Source: a virus
Lineage: Duplodnaviria; Caudoviricetes
Length of the DNA: 41,554 nt
IMG/VR virus record: IMGVR_UViG_3300011422_000009
Location: 1 to 41,554 of that record
Strand: one strand, 5' to 3'
Part shown: piece by piece, positions 33,196-41,554 of the stretch
How the letters are laid out: each line of letters opens with the position of its first letter
Numbering within the stretch: the first letter of the stretch is position 1
Notes under the pieces: model-generated
Told to the model about the DNA's origin: nothing
Seen by the model: the letters and a program-made list of their open reading frames with translations, nothing else
Database searches by the model: none
Program-made: the position numbers and the translations under genes

Positions 33196-33723
33196 CTACT
33201 GTGTAGGTCGTACCTGACGTGGTGGCGTGGAAGTAGAAGTCGATGAGCGTCCTTGTTGTTCACGTTGCTCACGCTGCTTCCTCTGCTCATCGGTTTCTGG
33301 CTTGCTCTCAGCAGATTCCACTTCGGCGTCTGACTTCTCTTGCGCTTCCTTTTGCTTCTGTTCTTCCGTCTTAGGATTGTTTGGGTCTTCCGGCACAGGC
33401 GTCACAGGTGGCTTGATTGTGCTGGGATCTACAGGTTCAGCTTCTTCTTCTGCTGCGGCTTCCGCTACCGTCTTGCCTTCTGCCGGAACCACAGGTGGTT
33501 CAATCGTACCTTCTGGAAGTTCTGCTTCTGGCTTGATTGCATAAGGTTGTGCAGATGATGCCATAGGTTCTGCTTCTGGTTTTGGCAAACGTACATCCTT
33601 TGCTCTATCACCCAAGAGCGCATTAACTTTCGCATCCAAAGCGGCTACTGCATTTTGCACACGAACCAATCGCTGTTCCAGCTTAACATTTTCTTTTGAT
33701 ACAGTCATTTCTTCCCCCTCCAT
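33196..33723 (-). CDS. hypothetical protein (coiled-coil N-terminus, P/E-rich disordered tail)
   Basis: TAATG-coupled to the portal gene. Confidence 0.7.
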   Translation of the reverse strand: MEGEEMTVSKENVKLEQRLVRVQNAVAALDAKVNALLGDRAKDVRLPKPEAEPMASSAQPYAIKPEAELPEGTIEPPVVPAEGKTVAEAAAEEEAEPVDPSTIKPPVTPVPEDPNNPKTEEQKQKEAQEKSDAEVESAESKPETDEQRKQREQREQQGRSSTSTSTPPRQVRPTQ

Positions 33724-35219
33724 TAAACTAATAATTCCAATTCTTCTTTTAGAGACTCATCCATTTCACCTAACTTCTTCCCGCCATTGGGTGTTGGGCC
33801 AGGATCTGGGGCGTTCTCCTTTTGCATCTTCATCTGTCTTTCCATCTTGGCTTCGTCATTTACTTGCCGCTTTTCCGCATCCCGCTTTGCTTGCTTCAGC
33901 ACTTCATCGGGATTCTCTATATCAATTGGAAGAAGGGTAAGTGCTGTCTTCTCATCCAGCAAGCCTTCCCCGAAAGCCCAATTCACCGCATCCAATACCA
34001 TACGGCCATTCTGTGTGAGCTTGTTCCATTGCAATATGGGATCCTCTCGCCGTTCAGGGGAGATGATTTCCTCATACGCCTGTACAATACGGCACACCTC
34101 TAGAATCCAGGGAGTGCAGCTTTTCTGCCTTGCCGTTATGAAGACTTCAAACACTGGCATTTGTGTTTCGGCAGAAGCCTTACTTCCCTCAATTGCATTA
34201 CCGAACACGAACTCTGGCACTTCCAGATGCTCAATGATAAGGTAGAACAATAATCCCAGAATCCTTACAGCATCATCCGCAAAACTTCCTGGACTTTTGT
34301 AATCCATCGTAGCCCCCGAAAGCGTTAGAACATCGCTCATGTCGATGCTAATACTCTCGGATTCCCTCGTTGTCCCATCGGGTAGCTTTGTAGAAGCCTT
34401 GCTGCCGTATCGACGCCAGAAAGCATTAAGATCTTGCACCGTGTTAAAAGCAATCACAGGTGTTGGTCTACCTTGCAAGATGTTCCCCTCCACTGAGGCT
34501 TCCAAGATTTGTCCGTAACGATGTAGCAAATCAAGAAGAGCCTCAGCTTCAGGATGCCCGAACTGCTCACCTTCCCCAGGATGATTTGCTACGTGAACTA
34601 CGGGAATGATTCCTATAAGATTGGGGTAAGTTTTCGTTCGGATTGTGCCGTTGGAAAACTCTTCTCTATGCACTCGTCTATCTATATAGTACTCATCCGT
34701 TACGGTCATCTTTAGCGATCCGTCCTCAGGATGGGCGAACACTTGACGAATGCGCCAGCCTACTCGTTTGCCGTAGTCATCAGGAGCAACGATGGGATCT
34801 ACGCAGTTAGGCGGCACAAGAGTCACACTACGATCTGCGTTGATTACGAAGAAAGCGTCACCATGCTTCAAAGATCCTTCATAAGCACGCATTATATCTT
34901 CATGATGCAGGGAAAACCATTCATCTAACTTCTTCTGCGTTCGCTTGCTTTTAAGCAAGAACACGGGAAGGCTCCCCAACACCCATGCGGGTATCTTATG
35001 CACGATAGGTCTGATAAAGAGACCGGAGACTTCGAGTCCGGCCACCTTACAGTAGTATGCTCTAGTCCAGAAGTCATAGTCACTACGTCCCCAACTATAA
35101 GTAGGGGTTCGCCAGATTGTAGAACTTCTGCGGATGATAAGGCTGAAACTACGTCCCAAGTCACGGGAGACGTCAGCGAATATCTCATAGAATCTATCCC
35201 AAATTTTCGGTAGGCGCAT
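33723..35219 (-). CDS. portal protein
   Basis: 498 aa following TerL. HGDAF, YPNLIGIIPVVHVAN...FG.PE motifs are SPP1-portal-like. Confidence 0.88.
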   Translation of the reverse strand: MRLPKIWDRFYEIFADVSRDLGRSFSLIIRRSSTIWRTPTYSWGRSDYDFWTRAYYCKVAGLEVSGLFIRPIVHKIPAWVLGSLPVFLLKSKRTQKKLDEWFSLHHEDIMRAYEGSLKHGDAFFVINADRSVTLVPPNCVDPIVAPDDYGKRVGWRIRQVFAHPEDGSLKMTVTDEYYIDRRVHREEFSNGTIRTKTYPNLIGIIPVVHVANHPGEGEQFGHPEAEALLDLLHRYGQILEASVEGNILQGRPTPVIAFNTVQDLNAFWRRYGSKASTKLPDGTTRESESISIDMSDVLTLSGATMDYKSPGSFADDAVRILGLLFYLIIEHLEVPEFVFGNAIEGSKASAETQMPVFEVFITARQKSCTPWILEVCRIVQAYEEIISPERREDPILQWNKLTQNGRMVLDAVNWAFGEGLLDEKTALTLLPIDIENPDEVLKQAKRDAEKRQVNDEAKMERQMKMQKENAPDPGPTPNGGKKLGEMDESLKEELELLV

Positions 35220-36765
35220 GGACAGCCCTCGTTGATGTTCTGATTACCCGTACAGTACGAGTAAAATTAGATTGCCCACGCCGCACAGTAGATACGGCCC
35301 CAACAGGTATTTCATCCCCCACAGGTTCCATTTCTGGTGCAGCACGTCGCCCCTCAACATGAGCAGAGGCCATCATCACGTCCCCACCGAGAATGATGAT
35401 GCGAGCACACTGAGCCAGCGCAAAGCTCGTAGCTCTGTCGTCATGCTCATGTTCAGGGGCTTTTAACGTGCTACCGACTATGGAGGCGAGTTGTTGATAA
35501 GTCGAAAAAGCATGTACAATCGCGTCTTTTTCCTGTATAACCTTTGTACAATGTGTATACATTATAGCCTTTCCCTTAGTGGTATTGAGCCACCCAGGAC
35601 GGCTATCCATGCCATTCATCGTACCTTCAAAGCCATCCTCTGCCAGCTTGAGCAGCACAGCATGACCATGATTGTTGCGCTCTACCAAGACACTAGCTTC
35701 ATTATAGAAGCCAGCTAACTTCTCAATGTAATCTGCAAAGGTGTTCGGTTGCAGCCGTTCGGCTAACAACGCTACTTCCTCGCCTGTAGCCACATCCATA
35801 ACAGTTGCAGAGCTATCATCTGAGTTAGGATTTCCTTCTGCAGGATCCGCCCCAATGACATAAATGTGGCCGTCTTCAGGTCGCTTAAACACAGTAAGAC
35901 CAGGAAGCCCAATATTATCATCCCCCTCAAGCTCCTCGTAAACTGCCGCAAGCCATTCATAGGGAATCCTCTTATCCAAGGAACGGGGTTTTAACGCCTC
36001 AGAATCGGTTGCTGGATATTGCTCGTACAGGTCATCCAGGGAACCTGTACGAGATTCAATATCCACCTTCTCCTTCTCATACCATTCCGGAGTCCTGCGA
36101 GGATGGACGTACCAGGGCAAGAAGATGTGCGCCCAAGCCGTCTTGCCAGCTTTGGCGTCAATGTATATCTTTTTGAAGTCAGAGATGGGCTTGTCTTTAT
36201 CGGCACGAGATAGCAGTATCATTTTCCCACCATTTGCGATAGTGGGTTTAACTGCTCGGAGAAGCGAGTTTAGGTCAGGAGAGAGATCAGCCTCGTCGAC
36301 AATAGCCAGAGTAGCAGTATAAGAATCCCCAGCAGAAGTAGGAAAACTTCGGGCTGTGCTTTCATTCTCCATACTCCACTCATGGGCATTGTCAGTGAAG
36401 ACTGTGTGACCGCCCTTCATCCATTCCGGCAAGCGGTCATACATCCCACGAAGGCGGTCTTCGGAGAGCAGGTAGATTGCATCTATGTCCCGCTTACTAA
36501 ATATCAACACAGATGCAATCGGCCTGAAAATCATGCACCATAAAGCATACGCAAGAACAAGCCAGGTGAGACCAATCTGCCTTGCCTTGAGTACGATGGA
36601 TAGCTGATTACTATGTATGATGTCCAATGCGGCCATTTGAGCGGGCCACAAAGTGAAGGGAACCCAACCTCCCTCTACAGTATCGTAGATATGACAATAT
36701 TTGTTTATGAAGTAGGCAGGACTATTGTAACACTTCCCCAGTTCCTCTGCTTCCATCTCCGTCAT
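35194..36765 (-). CDS. terL: terminase large subunit
   Basis: Walker A VLKARQIGLTW, Walker B AIVDEAD, nuclease IGADPAEG and HDDRATS. Start uncertain (36765 vs 36756 or 36825). Confidence 0.95.
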   Translation of the reverse strand: MTEMEAEELGKCYNSPAYFINKYCHIYDTVEGGWVPFTLWPAQMAALDIIHSNQLSIVLKARQIGLTWLVLAYALWCMIFRPIASVLIFSKRDIDAIYLLSEDRLRGMYDRLPEWMKGGHTVFTDNAHEWSMENESTARSFPTSAGDSYTATLAIVDEADLSPDLNSLLRAVKPTIANGGKMILLSRADKDKPISDFKKIYIDAKAGKTAWAHIFLPWYVHPRRTPEWYEKEKVDIESRTGSLDDLYEQYPATDSEALKPRSLDKRIPYEWLAAVYEELEGDDNIGLPGLTVFKRPEDGHIYVIGADPAEGNPNSDDSSATVMDVATGEEVALLAERLQPNTFADYIEKLAGFYNEASVLVERNNHGHAVLLKLAEDGFEGTMNGMDSRPGWLNTTKGKAIMYTHCTKVIQEKDAIVHAFSTYQQLASIVGSTLKAPEHEHDDRATSFALAQCARIIILGGDVMMASAHVEGRRAAPEMEPVGDEIPVGAVSTVRRGQSNFTRTVRVIRTSTRAVHAPTENLG

Positions 36766-37195
36766 GGAGTAGCTTGGGGACTGTGAAAAGTTCGCCTTCC
36801 TCAACAATGTCATCTTCTTGGACATCTATAGCCTTTGTGCCGTTCCGCATTGCAGCAATGAGCGAGCGAGCATCCACGTTGACTTGCACGTTATTGTTCG
36901 TTGTAAGGGTCTTGGAAGTATCGTAACCACGATCCTTCGCTTGGGTTCTGAGGAAGAACATCAAAAGACCTGGCTCTGTTTCCATCTGAGAAACCAAAAG
37001 ATCTTCAGCATGATCCTTAATGGCTTCTTTGACCTGTATCCTAGCGTCCATTACGGCAGGATGGTGTACCATGTAATCCATAAGCTCGCCACGAGAAAGA
37101 CCAAGCTCTTTAGCGGCCAGCCCCATATTCCCCATTTGATTGCGAATGGCGAGGATTACTATACTTTCTTCCAGATATTCTGCCTGATTTATCAT
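36722..37195 (-). CDS. terS: terminase small subunit
   Basis: HTH (GNMGLAAKELGLSRGEL) and FFLRTQAKDRGY motif, directly upstream of TerL. Confidence 0.8.
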   Translation of the reverse strand: MINQAEYLEESIVILAIRNQMGNMGLAAKELGLSRGELMDYMVHHPAVMDARIQVKEAIKDHAEDLLVSQMETEPGLLMFFLRTQAKDRGYDTSKTLTTNNNVQVNVDARSLIAAMRNGTKAIDVQEDDIVEEGELFTVPKLLHDGDGSRGTGEVLQ

Positions 37196-37227
37196 CTAGG
37201 ATTCCTTGCGATGAATGTGTTAGGTTT

Positions 37228-37256
37228 AGCCTAACACAACATAACGTATTTGTAAA
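37228..37256 (-). promoter_or_regulatory. sigma70-type promoter for the structural operon
   Basis: On the - strand: TTTACA, 17-bp spacer, TAGGCT, with extended -10 TG. Confidence 0.55.
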
Positions 37257-37292
37257 GCAGCAATAACCGTATATTGTGGGCATATACCCAAT

Positions 37293-37321
37293 TTGCAGCC
37301 TAGCGGCGGCTGTGCTATACT
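37293..37321 (+). promoter_or_regulatory. sigma70-type promoter for the replication operon
   Basis: TTGCAG, 17-bp spacer, TATACT, with extended -10 TG. Confidence 0.7.
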
Positions 37322-37382
37322 GCTAAATACGTTATGCGCCCAAGCATAATAAAATATTACAGCCGAGAAAGGCCAAGACAGA

Positions 37383-39071
37383 ATGCCAGAAAAGCAATCG
37401 CCAGCTCCAGATGTTGGCAGAGTAACCTTCCTACCAGAGACAAAGCAAGACTTTTTCTTCTTCATCCCCACCAAAGTTAATCCCACCCTTAAACTGCTAG
37501 ACGGTAGCATGTGGTTCATAGCCAACAATCCTACGTTGGGTTTGTGCTATCGTGCTACAACTTCGTTGGAAGCTCTACACTGGTTACGTGATAGCTTAGG
37601 CCCACTGATGCTTGCGCCGGATGTAGCAAAATGGCGCAGAGAAGTTACCTTCGTTAACCCTATCCCAGAAATACGTAATCTACCTTTGTTCCCTTTCCAG
37701 CGTGAGGCTATTAGCTTTCTAGCTGACCGTCAGCGTGCCATGCTATCGCTTAGTCCAGGATTAGGTAAAACGATTTGCAGCATTACGGCAGCGAACCTAC
37801 TCGAGGATGTGGATACTGTACTGGTCATAGCTCCGCTTTCCCTACTGTATATGTGGAAAAGCGAAATAGAAAAATGGGAACAGTTCCTACCTCGTAAGAG
37901 CAATGTGATTATCTATCACGGCAAGAAAGCCACATTGCAGGAAATGAACAATAAGGTACGCAATCGCATGACCTGGGTAATTACTAATCCAGAAACCGCT
38001 ATAAAAATTGTACCGACCTTGCTGACCAAACACTTTGACCTCATGGTACTAGACGAAAGCATCCTATACAAAAGTCGAACTTCGCTACGCACCAAAGGTG
38101 TAGTAAGATTAGCTAAGGGTATCCCCAGAGTATGGGAATTGACAGGCGCACCAGCCAACCGCATGATAGATGACATATGGTCACAGTTCAATATCCTAAA
38201 GCCCAAAGCCTACAGTTCCTATTGGCGGTTTGCCCAAGAGTATTGCATGGTGAATCCTACACCCTGGGGCAATCAAGTAGTTGCTAACAAAATGGATGCT
38301 GAATACGTCATAAAGAAACGCTTTGAAGATATATACTTTGCTCGTAGTCAAAGCGAAGTGTTAGATATACCAGAGTGGATTTTTGAGGAAATAGATATAC
38401 CCATGAAGCCTAAGCAAGAAAAGGCTTATCATGAGATGGCTGTAGACTTAGCCACTACGCTAGAGCAGGAAGACGATAGCGGCAACGTCACGGCCAGCAC
38501 GAAGATCACAGTAGAGAACCATCTCAGTAAAGTAACCAGATTAATCCAACTAGCCAGCAATCCAATGCTGCTAGACGGTACAAACGAAAGCGGTAAATGG
38601 GATGCTCTGCCGGAGCTAATGGAAATATACGATGGCCCCTGGCTCGTATGGGTGAGCTTCACACGTACCGCCTACTATCTTGAAGAGTTCCTGGCCCGTA
38701 AGGTAGATCAGCGTATCGGTAAAATCATTGGAGCTACTGATACAGAAGAGCGTAACAATTGGATACGTAAGTTCCAAGAAGGCGAAACAAAGATTCTCAT
38801 CCTAAACATGCAAACAGGTAGCTTCGGCCACACCCTCACGGCAGCAAGGACAGCCTTCTACCCTGAAAGAAATTATGATAGCAACTACTTTCAGAGTCTT
38901 CATCGTTTCCGCCGCATCGGTACAGTTCATGCTCCTAACGTGGTTCATCTACGATCTGTGTACCAAGACGGTTCACCTACTATTGACCATCTGGTTCACG
39001 GTCTTTTAGACTATAGAGTTGGGATGATCAAAGATTTAACTACTGGCATGTTAAAGGATATACTTAAATGA
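37383..39071 (+). CDS. SNF2-family (SF2) helicase/ATPase
   Basis: LFPFQREA Q-motif, SPGLGKT, VLDES, ELTGAP, GHTLTAA and QSLHRFRRIG. Confidence 0.93.
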   Translation: MPEKQSPAPDVGRVTFLPETKQDFFFFIPTKVNPTLKLLDGSMWFIANNPTLGLCYRATTSLEALHWLRDSLGPLMLAPDVAKWRREVTFVNPIPEIRNLPLFPFQREAISFLADRQRAMLSLSPGLGKTICSITAANLLEDVDTVLVIAPLSLLYMWKSEIEKWEQFLPRKSNVIIYHGKKATLQEMNNKVRNRMTWVITNPETAIKIVPTLLTKHFDLMVLDESILYKSRTSLRTKGVVRLAKGIPRVWELTGAPANRMIDDIWSQFNILKPKAYSSYWRFAQEYCMVNPTPWGNQVVANKMDAEYVIKKRFEDIYFARSQSEVLDIPEWIFEEIDIPMKPKQEKAYHEMAVDLATTLEQEDDSGNVTASTKITVENHLSKVTRLIQLASNPMLLDGTNESGKWDALPELMEIYDGPWLVWVSFTRTAYYLEEFLARKVDQRIGKIIGATDTEERNNWIRKFQEGETKILILNMQTGSFGHTLTAARTAFYPERNYDSNYFQSLHRFRRIGTVHAPNVVHLRSVYQDGSPTIDHLVHGLLDYRVGMIKDLTTGMLKDILK

Positions 39072-39469
39072 AAATGCAAGAGATGACTACAGAAGGTTTA
39101 CAACGCTTAGAAAATCCAAAGTTCCACAAAGCCTTTTGCGGCAAACCTGGATTCCGCCTACAAGCCCTGAAAGCCTATGCGGAGAAGGTAGAATTTATTA
39201 CGGACGGTTACAGCACGGATGTTAATGAGTTAGCGATGCAGGTGAATACCAACCTCGCTACTTTTAATCCCCAAGAAGATTGCTTGATTCCGGCAGGGAC
39301 TGGCATCATTAACATCATGGTAGGTTATTATCTAGCTAATCACTTCCCTAAAGAATCCATAGCTGTGGCGTTCTTTCAGCGTGAGATTACAAAACATGAT
39401 AGAACGGTAATTCCAGAAAACTATGAGTTCTACCGTTTCTATCCCAATGCCCTTCTGGGCCTGATGTAA
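39068..39469 (+). CDS. hypothetical protein
   Basis: ATGAAAATGCAAGAG at 39068 and TAA at 39467-39469 read on the + strand, ATGA-coupled to the helicase. The track's '-' label is inconsistent with the sequence. Confidence 0.75.
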   Translation: MKMQEMTTEGLQRLENPKFHKAFCGKPGFRLQALKAYAEKVEFITDGYSTDVNELAMQVNTNLATFNPQEDCLIPAGTGIINIMVGYYLANHFPKESIAVAFFQREITKHDRTVIPENYEFYRFYPNALLGLM

Positions 39470-39559
39470 GGAGGCAACATGGCGTGCAGATCACCGCCGA
39501 TAAAAACATACAACGTTGTGTAAACCCGCATTCGTAGAAGTGAAACAGGAGATAAACTA

Positions 39560-40336
39560 ATGGCAGATCCCGCAGAGAGGATCGCACAACCACCTTCCCT
39601 TGCAAGGGATATACCCTTCGGTACTTGGGATGATACTACAGCAGAAGATAAGGGTTGGAAAATACTTGTCTATGGCGACAGCGGTAGTGGTAAGACCTAC
39701 TTCGCTGGTACTTTCCCTGATCCACTCTTCCTTGACTTAGAAGATGGTATGCGCTCACTTCTACCATTAAAGCGTAACATCAAACGATACCCCAAGAGTC
39801 CGGCCCAACAGATCACAACTTTGGATGAGGTGAAAGCCTTCTACCAAATTGTGAAGAAGATCAAACCAGAAGATGCACCATTCAAGACTATTGTAATAGA
39901 TAGCTTGAACGAACTGCAAATTCTGGTGTTAGAGAATTCGGTGAAGACTAATCCAGCTCAGCGAATCTACGATGATCAACCTACGATGCAAGATTACGGA
40001 AAGTTAGCCCGTGACATGCAGACCTTAGTGCGATTGTTCATCAAGCTACCCTACAACATCATCTTCGTTGCGGGATGCAAGGAACGTGAATTTCCTGAAG
40101 ATAAGTTGCTGCCGTTGTTTTCCGGCAAGAAGACTGGGCCTGACGTCAGAAGGATCATTGAGCAAATCGGCTATTGCTATACTAAGCAAGCGGCGAAAGA
40201 CCAACCCGCTGAGCATCTTATAGCATTTGCAGATACTCCGGCCTATATAGCCAAAGACCGGACGGGGAAGTTAAGCAGACCAATTCGTAACACCTATGAA
40301 GCATTGATGAGTGTAATCAACAAGGGGAAAGAATAA
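39560..40336 (+). CDS. AAA_24 / Sak4-like ATPase (ssDNA-annealing recombinase)
   Basis: KILVYGDSGSGKT, FLDLEDG, TIVIDSLNE and AKDRTG, next to an SSB gene. Confidence 0.88.
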   Translation: MADPAERIAQPPSLARDIPFGTWDDTTAEDKGWKILVYGDSGSGKTYFAGTFPDPLFLDLEDGMRSLLPLKRNIKRYPKSPAQQITTLDEVKAFYQIVKKIKPEDAPFKTIVIDSLNELQILVLENSVKTNPAQRIYDDQPTMQDYGKLARDMQTLVRLFIKLPYNIIFVAGCKEREFPEDKLLPLFSGKKTGPDVRRIIEQIGYCYTKQAAKDQPAEHLIAFADTPAYIAKDRTGKLSRPIRNTYEALMSVINKGKE

Positions 40337-40338
40337 CC

Positions 40339-40848
40339 ATGAAAATCGATCTAGAGCGTTCAACACTGTTGGCTGACGGCATTTACAAAGTGCGTATTAT
40401 GGAGACCGAAGACCGCACAAGTGCCGCTGGCAATCCTTACGTCAATCTTACCTGTGACGTATTGGACGAAGCAGGGAAGTCCACTGGCAACACCATCTGG
40501 CACACATTAACCATGACTCCAAAAGCTAAGTTCATGGTTGGTCGATTCCTGGATGCGGTGGGTGCGCCCCTCACGGGTAGCCTGAATTCCCGCAGCCTGA
40601 AGAACAAGACCCTGTGGGCAAAGATCGGCAAGGACACCTATCAAGGCAAGAGCAAGAATGTAATCGTCGAACCGCTTACCCCAGAACAAGCAGGCAAGGA
40701 TGCGGAAAGCGTCAACAATGTTTTTAATCTGGGTGACGATGCAGACACCAGCAACGGCTTTGAGGATGATATTGCCAGTTGGGAGAATGAGGAAGACGAT
40801 TCCTTAGCAAATGTTCCCGACGAGATGAGTGAAGATTCCCGCTTCTAG
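40339..40848 (+). CDS. single-stranded DNA-binding protein (DUF669-like)
   Basis: GIYKVRI...SAAGNPYVNL OB-fold pattern and an acidic tail ending in F, adjacent to the Sak4-like gene. Confidence 0.82.
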   Translation: MKIDLERSTLLADGIYKVRIMETEDRTSAAGNPYVNLTCDVLDEAGKSTGNTIWHTLTMTPKAKFMVGRFLDAVGAPLTGSLNSRSLKNKTLWAKIGKDTYQGKSKNVIVEPLTPEQAGKDAESVNNVFNLGDDADTSNGFEDDIASWENEEDDSLANVPDEMSEDSRF

Positions 40849-40855
40849 TTAATCC

Positions 40856-40879
40856 AGGGGGTGCAGAAATGCACCCCCT
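40856..40879 (+). terminator. GC-rich hairpin (weak terminator or mRNA stabiliser)
   Basis: AGGGGGTGCA-GAAA-TGCACCCCCT with a poor U-tract. Confidence 0.5.
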
Positions 40880-40899
40880 TATCTATGGGAGACCAAGAA

Positions 40900-41292
40900 A
40901 TGGTGAGCATCAGCCGTATACTAGCCTTTGATCCTGGTGAAAGCACAGGCATTAGTTTTGTGCAAGACGGTGAATTTGTGTGGGGGATGGTGTGTCGTCC
41001 CGAAGCATTTGATAAGGAAGACTTCATCTTTGCGCTTACTAAGATGACAAAGCCTACCACCATCGTCATAGAATCACCACCCAACAGCACCCTCTTCTTC
41101 AACCAAGACCAGTTCCATATCTACGCTACACTGTGCCATTGCTATGAGACCGCTGGCTACAATGTAGTGAAGATTACCCCTGGTCAGTGGAAGAAGTTAA
41201 TAGACCGCACCAAAGTAGATAGCGTTGACATTAAAGATGCCGCTGACATGGCTCGTATGCAGTACAGAATCGAGACCAAACGTGGAACCTGA
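40900..41292 (+). CDS. RuvC-like Holliday junction resolvase
   Basis: ILAFDPGESTG, IVIES, ITPGQWKK and DAADMA. Confidence 0.8.
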   Translation: MVSISRILAFDPGESTGISFVQDGEFVWGMVCRPEAFDKEDFIFALTKMTKPTTIVIESPPNSTLFFNQDQFHIYATLCHCYETAGYNVVKITPGQWKKLIDRTKVDSVDIKDAADMARMQYRIETKRGT

Positions 41293-41554
41293 TATCACCA
41301 TAATCGGCGGCGGTTTAAGTGCGATTTACGCCTATTGGGGTTGCCGTGACGCTGGCTATGAAGCTGACCAGATAGAGGTATTAGCAAGTAAGATGGCCCT
41401 TCCCATCGGCGCTATCTTCATGTACGAAACGCCAATCCCCTGGGTAGCTACACCCATCACCAGCATCCTGTTAGGTACGGCAGACCTGTACTCCATGAAC
41501 CAATGGACAAAGGTAGTGAAGACTAGCGCACATACACGCTTCAACAACAGCCAG
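41282..41554 (+). CDS. FAD/NAD-binding oxidoreductase (truncated by window end)
   Basis: Open frame from GTG 41282 reads DITIIGGGLSAIYAY, a Rossmann GxGxxA motif. No stop before 41554, and absent from the ORF track. Confidence 0.7.
   Translation, partial: MEPDITIIGGGLSAIYAYWGCRDAGYEADQIEVLASKMALPIGAIFMYETPIPWVATPITSILLGTADLYSMNQWTKVVKTSAHTRFNNSQ

Noticed and set aside
14102-36322. Numerous + strand ORFs antisense to the structural genes
   Set aside because: These are shadow ORFs of long - strand genes, with no RBS or recognisable motifs.
39068-39469. ORF-track strand label '-'
   Set aside because: The listed protein MKMQEM... reads directly on the + strand from ATG 39068 to TAA 39469, so it is annotated as +.

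Overview
This window is part of a tailed dsDNA phage genome, most likely a siphovirus. It has three blocks. (1) Positions 1-12.3 kb: a + strand early/accessory region of small hypothetical genes, including a DUF932-like gene. (2) Positions 12.3-37.2 kb: a - strand morphogenesis operon with TerS, TerL, portal, protease/scaffold, capsid cement, major capsid, head-tail proteins, a GT4 glycosyltransferase, major tail protein, tail chaperones, tape measure, Dit/hub and a 2440-aa fibre. (3) From 37.4 kb: a + strand replication/recombination operon with an SNF2 helicase, a Sak4-like AAA ATPase, an SSB, a RuvC-like nuclease and a truncated FAD-oxidoreductase. The standout signal is compositional. Bases 1-2166 contain no TC and only one GA by manual scan, so the GA/TC dinucleotide is excluded on both strands. 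The three genes there therefore encode proteins with no Asp or Glu, and two use GGGG-type ribosome-binding sites. Two short GA/TC-free islands recur at cis-acting sites (9422-9597 and the divergent promoters at 37215-37364). The early operon is also punctuated by nine covarying double-hairpin elements and two twister-like ribozymes. Product calls come from motifs and synteny only, and no database searches were run.
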